Positions 4,368-10,481 of a stretch of 12,202 nt of DNA are shown one piece after another. Source of the DNA: a virus; the IMG/VR virus record IMGVR_UViG_3300036828_000401, one strand, 5' to 3'. The position numbers and the translations under genes are program-made. The notes under the pieces are model-generated. The model made no database searches, was not told the DNA's origin, and saw only the letters and a list, made by a program, of their open reading frames with translations. Position 1 is the first letter of the stretch. Each line of letters starts with the position of its first letter.

Positions 4368-4390
4368 CTGATTCTTTCCGAAAGGATCAG
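4368..4390 (+). promoter_or_regulatory. leader hairpin upstream of gene 4466..5041
   Basis: CTGATTCTTT-CCG-AAAGGATCAG: 10-bp stem with one G-U pair. It shares the core CCGAAAGGAT with the left-arm leader hairpin (CCGAAAAGGAT). Confidence 0.4.
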
Positions 4391-4465
4391 GGCTAAGGAG
4401 AGCTGCTACGACATTACTCGCTCGATTTCAGGCAACGACGCACACCTATCTCCGGGGAGAATCAA

Positions 4466-5041
4466 TTGACCATCACCGAAGCGCTCGCAGAGATAAAGAC
4501 CATCGCTAAACGCATCGCGACCAAGCGTGAGTTCGTAGCCGGCTATCTGCTGCGCCATGAGGAAATCAGAGACCCGTTGGAAAAGGATGGTGGGTCCACG
4601 GAGCAACTACGCAGGGAGCGCCAAGCGATTGCAGATCTGGAGGAGCGGGTGATTGCCATTCGGGCGGCGATAGCCAACAGCAACGCCAACACCAAGATCA
4701 CGGTGGGTGGTATCACCCGGTCGGTCACTGAGTGGCTGGCGTGGCGCAAAGAGGTGGCCCCAGGTGCCGGGGTATTTCTCACCCAGCTTCGCAATCGCAT
4801 CGACCAAGTCCGTCAGGCTCAGGCCCGTGGTCAAGTCCCCAGAACCGTTGGTCCGGAACTGGCGGCCTTGTCGGTGCGTGCTACTGCGCGCTCGGGCAAT
4901 GAACGCGAGAAGCCCCCGGAGATCATCATCAATATAGATGAGAAGGCGCTATCTACTGAGAGCGAGAAGCACGAGGAGATCCTCGGCCAGCTCGATGGGC
5001 AACTGTCACTGAAGAACGCCACCACGGAAATCAGGATCTAG
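4466..5041 (+). CDS. coiled-coil protein, distant DIP1984/septicolysin-like family resemblance, 191 aa
   Basis: Track ORF. TTG start with GGGGAG 5 nt upstream. The N-terminal TITEALAEIKTIAKRI, the central ITVGG-x-SVTEWLAWRKEV and the C-terminal LGQLDGQLSLKNATTEI parallel, from memory, the LAEAL...R, T-x-L-x-RD and NWTTEL landmarks of DIP1984-family proteins. Confidence 0.75.
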   Translation: MTITEALAEIKTIAKRIATKREFVAGYLLRHEEIRDPLEKDGGSTEQLRRERQAIADLEERVIAIRAAIANSNANTKITVGGITRSVTEWLAWRKEVAPGAGVFLTQLRNRIDQVRQAQARGQVPRTVGPELAALSVRATARSGNEREKPPEIIINIDEKALSTESEKHEEILGQLDGQLSLKNATTEIRI

Positions 5042-5046
5042 GTGAG

Positions 5047-5241
5047 ATGGATAACCAGCCTCACGTCGGAGTGTGTGTCTGCGGTTCCTACACCATGCTC
5101 TTTAGTTTTTGGTATCCCCCCGAAGTGGTAACTCCCAATGTTCAGTGGTACTGCCGCTGCTGTTGGGACTTGGCGGAGAGGCTGGATAAAAATCAATTGA
5201 CCCCTGAACAGGTTGCGAGACTCCGACGTGTACGGTCGTGA
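5047..5241 (+). CDS. small Cys-rich protein, 64 aa
   Basis: Track ORF. AGGTGAG SD before the ATG. CVC and CRCC clusters are present. Confidence 0.7.
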   Translation: MDNQPHVGVCVCGSYTMLFSFWYPPEVVTPNVQWYCRCCWDLAERLDKNQLTPEQVARLRRVRS

Positions 5242-5342
5242 CAGCGCTGCAAACGGTCAGAGTGATCAGCCTTGTGATCCTCGTGTTGGTGATACTCGCG
5301 ACGGTGGGGATCGCGGTGGACTATCTGGTGACCGTTCTATGA
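5238..5342 (+). CDS. micro-ORF, 34 aa single-pass membrane peptide (MTALQTVRVISLVILVLVILATVGIAVDYLVTVL)
   Basis: Own translation. The GTG at 5238 overlaps the upstream stop (GTGA), and its own stop overlaps the next ATG (ATGA at 5339-5342), so both ends are translationally coupled. Confidence 0.5.
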   Translation: MTALQTVRVISLVILVLVILATVGIAVDYLVTVL

Positions 5343-5545
5343 CCGCACCAACGCCACGAGCGCAAAGGGCAAGGCTCTTCCGGGCGTTTGTCGCGGGGTG
5401 GAACGCCGCGCGGGGACTGCACCCCGACAATCGTAATACCGGAGAACTGATGCAGCAGGCGTGGCGCTTGTTCGAAACAGAGGGAAAGATACTCAAACCA
5501 AAAAAGGCTTTGGCAATTTCAACAGCGAAACGGGAGAAACGGTGA
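5339..5545 (+). CDS. hypothetical basic protein, 68 aa
   Basis: Track ORF 5213..5545, trimmed to the ATG at 5339 (MTAPTPRAQRARLF...). The Gly/Asp/Arg-rich track N-terminus is better explained by the coupled micro-ORF in another frame. Confidence 0.65.
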   Translation: MTAPTPRAQRARLFRAFVAGWNAARGLHPDNRNTGELMQQAWRLFETEGKILKPKKALAISTAKREKR

Positions 5546-6009
5546 ACGGGCGCAAGCCCACAGGCCACTAGAAGTGGCTCCAATGCCTAGCAAAGGCACC
5601 GTCATGGTAAGGCGGTATGGGTGCGATTCCCATGCAAGAACTTAACGCTGAAAGCTCAGGGCTGAAACTTTAAGATTCTAAAAGCTCAAAGCCGAAAGTG
5701 GATAAGCTGAACAAAATCCGGTGTTCCATCTGGCCCGCCATCGAAGGGTGGTGGGCGGCGCACTCACCAGCGCTATCTCGGGAAACCGGCTGCGGTCTGG
5801 AACTGCCAAATCTAACGTTGAATGCCCTTGCCCCGATCAAAGCCTGTAACTTTAGGTACAGGCGCTAGCTTCTCCAACCGTTACAGCGGTGGCTGCACTT
5901 AAAGGCAAGGATGAGGTGCAGCATAAGGAACGACACGATGGATCAGACCGTAGAAAATAACGGAGCGTCGTAATCACCATTCAACGCGCGTTTAGCGGGG
6001 AGCGCCAAT
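5546..6009 (+). ncRNA. ORF-free, hairpin-dense segment; candidate structured ncRNA or regulatory/origin region
   Basis: There is no plus-strand ORF with a credible RBS. Hairpins by eye:
- GGGC-GCAA-GCCC (5548-5559)
- GCCACT-AGA-AGTGGC (5564-5578)
- TGCCT-AGCAA-AGGCA (5584-5598)
- GTATGGG-TGCGATT-CCCATGC (5615-5635)
- a 10-bp stem with a GAAG loop (5733-5756)
- CGG-GAAA-CCG (5779-5788)
- GCCTGTA/TACAGGC (5842-5863)
- GCTGCAC/GTGCAGC (5892-5922)
There is also a 20-nt imperfect tandem repeat with 30-nt period (5648-5667 / 5678-5697). Confidence 0.3.
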
Positions 6010-6159
6010 ATGTTGTCAATGCAGGCCGAAGAAATGCTGGAACAGATGCAGATCGCCCAGAACCGTATCCTTGGGATACTGGCCGTGGGTTTTGTAAGCG
6101 GTTTCATAATGGGTCTACTGGCTGCTTGGATTCTCGTCCGGTCGGCGACTATGAGATAG
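6010..6159 (+). CDS. small membrane protein, 49 aa (MLSMQAEEMLEQMQIAQNRILGILAVGFVSGFIMGLLAAWILVRSATMR)
   Basis: Own translation. GGGGAG SD about 8 nt upstream of the ATG. One hydrophobic helix. Below the track cutoff. Confidence 0.55.
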   Translation: MLSMQAEEMLEQMQIAQNRILGILAVGFVSGFIMGLLAAWILVRSATMR

Positions 6160-6167
6160 GGGGAACC

Positions 6168-6341
6168 ATGACTGTCGGAGAACAGTTGCTGGAGATGCGC
6201 AACCAACTGATTCAAATTCAAGCTGAGCTTGATGAGATACTGCGCCGCATTCCTGAACCTCGCTGCCGGATGTGCGGTATGGGTTTGGGTTTTCACAACC
6301 GCGCTACCATGCCCGACCTCGACCACGAGTTTGTTGCGTGA
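6168..6341 (+). CDS. hypothetical protein, 57 aa
   Basis: Track ORF 6126..6341, trimmed to the ATG at 6168 behind GGGGGA. Sequence begins MTVGEQLLEMRNQL... Confidence 0.65.
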   Translation: MTVGEQLLEMRNQLIQIQAELDEILRRIPEPRCRMCGMGLGFHNRATMPDLDHEFVA

Positions 6342-6556
6342 TGAACTTCATGGAAAGACTGGTGGCGGGGGACGTGTATGCTGACGATATTGATGACTGG
6401 GTGGACAACTGGCATCTCATTGAGAAGTCGGTACCTGCTCAGGTATGCCAGCCGCTGCACGAGTTCCTTGGTATGACCACTGAGGAGTACGCGCGCTGGG
6501 TGACCAACCCCGACGTTCTGCAACAGATCGCGAGAGAACGGAACATGCGCTCGTAG
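6341..6556 (+). CDS. hypothetical acidic protein, 71 aa
   Basis: Track ORF 6272..6556, trimmed to the ATG at 6341, which overlaps the upstream TGA by 1 nt. Sequence begins MNFMERLVAGD... Confidence 0.7.
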   Translation: MNFMERLVAGDVYADDIDDWVDNWHLIEKSVPAQVCQPLHEFLGMTTEEYARWVTNPDVLQQIARERNMRS

Positions 6557-6617
6557 CCTAGTGGTTAGGCGACGGCTTTCCGCGCCGTTAACGAAGGTTC
6601 GATTCCTTCCGGGCGCT
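6547..6617 (+). tRNA. tRNA-Gly: tRNA-Gly (anticodon UCC)
   Basis: Hand-folded cloverleaf:
- acceptor GCGCTCG/CGGGCGC (one G-U pair)
- D arm GCCT-AGTGGTT-AGGC
- anticodon arm ACGGC-TTTCCGC-GCCGT, with TCC at 6579-6581
- 4-nt variable loop
- T arm GAAGG-TTCGATT-CCTTC
No CCA is encoded. Confidence 0.85.
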
Positions 6618-6639
6618 TAAAGATTTAGGAGGTAGGCAA

Positions 6640-6870
6640 ATGGGAGTAATGAGAAAACTCAATCGGTTTGGCGACACGGAAGTTCAGTGGACCCCCACTG
6701 ATAAGGAGTCAGTGCGCAGAGCGCGGCTGGTCTTTGATAACCATGTGACTGTCGAACGCGGGATGGCTTTTGAGGTGCTTGCAGACCCGCGTGAGCCTGC
6801 GGAGGTAATTCGCAAGTTCAACCCGGACGCCAAGGAGATCGTGCTGGCGCCGCGTATGGTCGGGGGATGA
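6640..6870 (+). CDS. hypothetical protein, 76 aa
   Basis: Track ORF with a strong AGGAGG SD 7 nt upstream of the ATG. Confidence 0.8.
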   Translation: MGVMRKLNRFGDTEVQWTPTDKESVRRARLVFDNHVTVERGMAFEVLADPREPAEVIRKFNPDAKEIVLAPRMVGG

Positions 6871-7490
6871 TCCCCGGTCGGAGGGCGCGGCTGCGACTTG
6901 CAGATCGTGCGAGGGTGCAACGAAGGCTGGATTATTGGCGGGCGATGGGAACAGCAAATGTTGTTGTCTACGAGTGGCTAGGGGCGCAGCAACAGGGGAT
7001 TGTCGCCGGGGGCTGCTATCAGCCGGGGCTGGGGAACGTTAACGATGCCGCGCAACAGATGGCATATCAACAGGCGCGACTTGGGTACGCTGATTTTGCA
7101 GCGCAGCAGGCGCAGTACGATGTGATGGCGAGTGCGGCGCAGTTCGAGGAAATGCAAGGGATAAATAAACATCGTGCGCAGGCGCTACATGCGGCTGATG
7201 AGTTGTTACGCTCGCACCTGACTGAGGAACAGCGTCGGGACTTGGAGACTTTCGGTTGGTTCGAGGTTCAGGGTAAGTGGCGCCGCCCCTTGCACAGGTC
7301 AACGTGGCATAGGTTTCGGATTTACTCCGGTGGTTCGATTCGCGAGGTAAAGCGCAGTGGTGGGATAAAGGACTTCTGTATCATCGCTCTGGAAACCCTT
7401 CCCTCTGCGGACGTGATGCTAACGCTGAAGCTATTGGTAGAGAGCGATCTGAACCGGTTCTATAAGACGGCGCGTCCACTGTCGTCTTAG
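6867..7490 (+). CDS. hypothetical protein, 207 aa (Gln/Ala-rich N-half, conserved-looking C-half)
   Basis: Track ORF. ATGA overlap with the upstream stop. An alternative start exists at 6945 (MGTANVV...). Confidence 0.75.
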   Translation: MIPGRRARLRLADRARVQRRLDYWRAMGTANVVVYEWLGAQQQGIVAGGCYQPGLGNVNDAAQQMAYQQARLGYADFAAQQAQYDVMASAAQFEEMQGINKHRAQALHAADELLRSHLTEEQRRDLETFGWFEVQGKWRRPLHRSTWHRFRIYSGGSIREVKRSGGIKDFCIIALETLPSADVMLTLKLLVESDLNRFYKTARPLSS

Positions 7491-7567
7491 TAATGGGAGT
7501 CATATTGGTGTAATGGTTGTGCGGTAACTTAACTAACCAACCGTGTGTGGTCTGTGGAGGAAAGTAG

Positions 7568-8182
7568 ATGGATGCATTCTTCGCGATGATCGTTCCGATG
7601 GCACCGCCATCGGGTCCACCCTCAGTGCCGCCTTGGTGGCCGGGACATCCAGAGCACCCGATCCCACCGGGGATATGGCCGACGCCGCCCGGAAGTGCTG
7701 GACCACCGGGGTATCCCTCGCACCCGATCTATCTGCCGGGGCACCCAGCACACCCCATTCCACCTACTGTGTGGCCGGAACCCCCGACTGGAGCGCCACC
7801 GGGGTATTGGGGTGGTGCCCCTATTCCTTGGCCCACCCCGCCGATTTACTATCCCCCGGTTTATCCGATGCCACCGATTGCTTATCCGCCGTGGTATCCC
7901 GGTGCTCCAACGCATCCAATCCCACCGGGAGTTTGGCCGAATCCACCTGTGGCAGGTGGCCCGCCACTGGGGACTTGGGGTGGAGATGCTCCGTGGCCGG
8001 GGTATGCCACGCCACCGATAGTGATACCGCCTGATGCTCTGCCACCGGGGATTACCGTGCCAGAAGGCAAAGCGTTAGTCGTCGTCTATATTCCGGGGGC
8101 AGGGTACAAGGCGGTTTTCATCCCGATACCCGGACCTCCAGGCAACATGCCGCCAGCTACCCAGCCGGTAGCTAAGAGCTAG
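7568..8182 (+). CDS. extremely proline-rich repeat protein, 204 aa
   Basis: Track ORF. GGAGGA SD 6 nt upstream. Three copies of HP-x-HPIPP-xx-WP-x-PP. Every other frame is also open here because of the CCN-rich low complexity. Confidence 0.7.
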   Translation: MDAFFAMIVPMAPPSGPPSVPPWWPGHPEHPIPPGIWPTPPGSAGPPGYPSHPIYLPGHPAHPIPPTVWPEPPTGAPPGYWGGAPIPWPTPPIYYPPVYPMPPIAYPPWYPGAPTHPIPPGVWPNPPVAGGPPLGTWGGDAPWPGYATPPIVIPPDALPPGITVPEGKALVVVYIPGAGYKAVFIPIPGPPGNMPPATQPVAKS

Positions 8183-8187
8183 ATCAG

Positions 8188-8631
8188 GTGAGCGAAACCG
8201 GCGATCCACGCATCCCGCAGCGCGTTTGGCGGAAGATTACCGTCACGCCTGCGGGGTGCTGGCAGTGGGACGGACGTCTTGAGCCAACTGGCTACGCACG
8301 GGTGAGGGTGGGTAAACGAATGTGTTTACTTCACCGCTGGGTCTATACCACCCTCGTCGGTCCAATTCCTGATGGGCTGGAGTGCGACCACCTCTGTCGC
8401 AATCGAGCGTGCGGCAACCCCAGCCATATTGAGCCAGTGACGCGCCGGGAGAATCTACGACGCGGCTACAATACCAACGCTGCTAAGACCGCGTGTCCAC
8501 AGGGACATCCGTACACACCTGAGAACACGATGCTTACCCGTGGATTCCGATACTGTAAGCAGTGCAACAGGGCGGGAGTGCGAGCAGCGTGGCGGCGCCG
8601 AAAGAACATGACGCTGGATCAGGTGGGCTAA
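8188..8631 (+). CDS. HNH endonuclease
   Basis: Track ORF. The motifs GCWQW-x-G...GYARV, LLHRWVY, ECDHLCRNRACGNPSHIEPVT-x-REN and C-x2-C (CKQC) match the phage HNH_3-type pattern. GTG start. Confidence 0.9.
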   Translation: MSETGDPRIPQRVWRKITVTPAGCWQWDGRLEPTGYARVRVGKRMCLLHRWVYTTLVGPIPDGLECDHLCRNRACGNPSHIEPVTRRENLRRGYNTNAAKTACPQGHPYTPENTMLTRGFRYCKQCNRAGVRAAWRRRKNMTLDQVG

Positions 8632-8675
8632 AAGTTATAGCGTTGGGGTGCTCAAATTTCTTCTCCTTAGTCAAC

Positions 8676-8715
8676 GAGGGTCAGCCGCAGCTCACGGCTG
8701 GCCCTCACTCTTTGT
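8676..8715 (+). terminator. intrinsic terminator candidate after the HNH gene
   Basis: GAGGGTCAGCCG-CAGCTCA-CGGCTGGCCCTC: 12-bp stem with one G-U pair, followed by ACTCTTTGT, a short and weak U-tract. Confidence 0.55.
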
Positions 8716-8717
8716 AG

Positions 8718-8888
8718 ATGTTTGACTTCAACATTCGTAGGGTGATTCGGTTTCAACGCCTCGCGTATTACGGCTTTATCTGGCTGGTCGAGTTCAACGA
8801 TTCTCAACTGGTGCTCGCAGTCGATGACACGTACACGGAGGACGGCAACTACGTCCTGAAGGTGCTGAGTGAAGCGGGGTCCACATAA
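8718..8888 (+). CDS. possible small protein, 56 aa
   Basis: Own translation (MFDFNIRRVIRFQRLAYYGFIWLVEFNDSQLVLAVDDTYTEDGNYVLKVLSEAGST). It fills the gap after the terminator but has no clear SD. Confidence 0.35.
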   Translation: MFDFNIRRVIRFQRLAYYGFIWLVEFNDSQLVLAVDDTYTEDGNYVLKVLSEAGST

Positions 8889-9216
8889 CGGGCGCTATAT
8901 CCTCGATGGCAAGATTCCGGTGCCGTGCGAAGACTTGTTGGAGTGGGGGCGTTGGATGGAGGGCCACGACGGGAGGCGCATAGTTAGGCAGGAAGAGGTC
9001 GGTCATTTCTTTGTGAGCACCGTGTTCTTGGGCCTCGACCATAGCTGGCTGGACGACACGCCACCTGCGCTGTTTGAAACGATGGTGTTCCACTACGACA
9101 AAAACGACCACCGTCTCAGCGCCGACGACGCGCCGCAGATTCGGACCCCCACGTGGGAGACGGCGCTTGAGGCACACGCAGAGGCGGTAGTGTGGGCACG
9201 GGAGCGGCTGTCGTGA
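8869..9216 (+). CDS. conserved-looking phage hypothetical protein, 115 aa
   Basis: Track ORF. GTG start with GAAGG upstream. The stretch VSTVFLGLDHSW...PPALFETMVF looks like a block I recall from other phage proteins of unknown function. This is unverified. Confidence 0.7.
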   Translation: MKRGPHNGRYILDGKIPVPCEDLLEWGRWMEGHDGRRIVRQEEVGHFFVSTVFLGLDHSWLDDTPPALFETMVFHYDKNDHRLSADDAPQIRTPTWETALEAHAEAVVWARERLS

Positions 9217-9392
9217 CGCGGTGGGCGGACCTTGCGGTGGTGGCGGCGATTGTCTCACCGTGGCTTGGGATGATCATATTGGTCGTGATATTAAGCCGCC
9301 ATGCGGAACGCCTGCGTGTTGTGGAGCGCGAGGTACTGGCAATGAGGGACGTGCTTGGTGGGTTGGTGGATGACCTTGGGTGGAAAAAGTGA
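9213..9392 (+). CDS. small membrane protein, 59 aa (TM helix plus charged helical tail)
   Basis: Track ORF 9192..9392, trimmed to the GTG at 9213, which overlaps the upstream stop (GTGA). Confidence 0.6.
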   Translation: MTRWADLAVVAAIVSPWLGMIILVVILSRHAERLRVVEREVLAMRDVLGGLVDDLGWKK

Positions 9393-9850
9393 ATAGGTTG
9401 CTCATCGACTTTCGAGTGATTCCCCATCGCAAGCAGCGCTACGACACTTGCGGAGATTGGTTTCGGGCCGATGGTCATTGGTTCTTCCGCGTCTCCAAGC
9501 TGAAGAAACAATACGTGGCACTGGTCTTCCTCCACGAGATCATCGAGTTCGTGCTCTGCCGCCTAGACCACATCAAGGTCAAGGAAATCGATCGGTTCGA
9601 CCGGATCTACGAGGCTACCCGTCACAAGGACTTGGCGCCGTGTGGTTGCGCGCATCTGGAAGAACCGGGTGATGACATCCACGCGCCCTATCATCACCAG
9701 CACAGTACGGCCTCCCGCTGCGAGCGATTGATCGCTGAAGCGCTTGGGGTAGATTGGCAGAAGTACACCGATGAAGTTGAATCCCTCGACCATAAGAATG
9801 GGGCTGGACGACATCAAAAGGCAGCTCAAGAAACTGCGGGAGATGCGTAA
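9389..9850 (+). CDS. hypothetical protein with HEIIE and PGDD-x-H-APYHHQH motifs, 153 aa
   Basis: Track ORF 9380..9850, trimmed to the GTG at 9389 (GTGA overlap). The His/Glu/Cys pattern suggests a metal site. No family named with confidence. Confidence 0.75.
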   Translation: MNRLLIDFRVIPHRKQRYDTCGDWFRADGHWFFRVSKLKKQYVALVFLHEIIEFVLCRLDHIKVKEIDRFDRIYEATRHKDLAPCGCAHLEEPGDDIHAPYHHQHSTASRCERLIAEALGVDWQKYTDEVESLDHKNGAGRHQKAAQETAGDA

Positions 9851-9980
9851 TGCGAGAGCCAAGCGATCCCTTCAAAAAGATCAAACCGATACGCGCAGCA
9901 AAACGCGGGGTAGGAAAAGTCTTCAAGCCCCCAAGGATGCCAAAGCCCCCAAAACCAAAACTGTCGTTCTAGTCAAGTAA
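9771..9980 (+). CDS. possible small Lys/Arg-rich protein, 69 aa (or 60 aa from ATG 9798)
   Basis: Track ORF. It overlaps the 3' tail of the previous gene in another frame. The SD is weak. It ends 1 nt before the terS start. Confidence 0.4.
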   Translation: MKLNPSTIRMGLDDIKRQLKKLREMRNARAKRSLQKDQTDTRSKTRGRKSLQAPKDAKAPKTKTVVLVK

Positions 9981-10481
9981 ATGGGCATCAGGCATTGCCC
10001 CATCTGTTCGCACGGTTCTCGGAGTGCGATCGAGAAGAAGCTGCGCGAAGGCGCTTCGCTGTCCCTGCTCGCGCAAAGCTACGGGGTGACCGATGAAGTA
10101 CTCCGTCAGCACCGCGATGCTCATCTCAACGCGGTAGTCTCGGCCAATAACATCGCCATCACGCCGTCCAAGATGGATGCGGCGGCGATGTTCCTCGAAC
10201 ACGACGAGTGCATTCGCGAGTGCAAGGATCTAATTGATTGGTCCCGCGCCAACACCCATGTGCATGGATGGTCGTCGGGGATTCGCCTGTGGCTGACGGC
10301 CATGCACCAGCAGAATCAGCTCTTGGGTCTATACGAACAGGTAGACCCACGACTCGCACAGCATCGTAATCGGCAGCTCATTGACGTGGTGTCCCGCGCG
10401 TTGGAGAAGTTCCCCGACGCACAGCGCGAGGTGCTGGCGGCTATCGACCAGGTGGAAGAGGATGGCGAGCCAACTACGTGA
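9981..10481 (+). CDS. terS: terminase small subunit candidate
   Basis: Track ORF. The N-terminal CPIC-x-H...IEKKLREGASLSLLAQSYGVTDEVLRQHRDAH reads as a zinc-ribbon plus HTH. It lies immediately upstream of, and overlaps, the large terminase gene. Confidence 0.65.
   Translation: MGIRHCPICSHGSRSAIEKKLREGASLSLLAQSYGVTDEVLRQHRDAHLNAVVSANNIAITPSKMDAAAMFLEHDECIRECKDLIDWSRANTHVHGWSSGIRLWLTAMHQQNQLLGLYEQVDPRLAQHRNRQLIDVVSRALEKFPDAQREVLAAIDQVEEDGEPTT

Noticed and set aside
4393-4465. Strong SD-like TAAGGAGAG followed by an in-frame CTG (4403) that would extend gene 4466..5041 by 21 codons
   Set aside because: The CTG lies only 2 nt after the SD core, so the spacing is too short. CTG starts are rare. 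The TTG at 4466 has its own GGGGAG at correct spacing and matches the family N-terminus.
5213-5338. N-terminal extension of track ORF 5213..5545 (MRDSDVYGRDSAANGQSDQPCDPRVGDTRDGGDRGGLSGDRS)
   Set aside because: It is low-complexity and overlaps the preceding gene by 29 nt. The region is better explained by the doubly coupled hydrophobic micro-ORF 5238..5342 plus an ATG start at 5339.
5615-5642. tRNA-like T-arm (GTATGGG-TGCGATT-CCCATGC) suggesting a second tRNA or an attP tRNA fragment
   Set aside because: The loop is TGCGATT rather than TTCRANY. No complementary 5' acceptor strand (TTCTTGC) or anticodon arm could be found upstream. No integrase is present in the window.
5943-6326. Track ORF, 127 aa, minus strand
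   Set aside because: It is antisense to two plus-strand genes with good SDs (6010..6159 and 6168..6341). It lacks any upstream RBS or the left-arm motif.
7543-8070. Alternative frames across the proline-rich gene (7543..8034 +, 7695..8021 +, 7622..7915 -, 7821..8045 -, 7882..8070 -)
   Set aside because: The low-complexity CCN/GGN sequence keeps all frames open. Only 7568..8182 has a GGAGGA SD at proper spacing and abuts the next gene. This remains an unverified frame choice.
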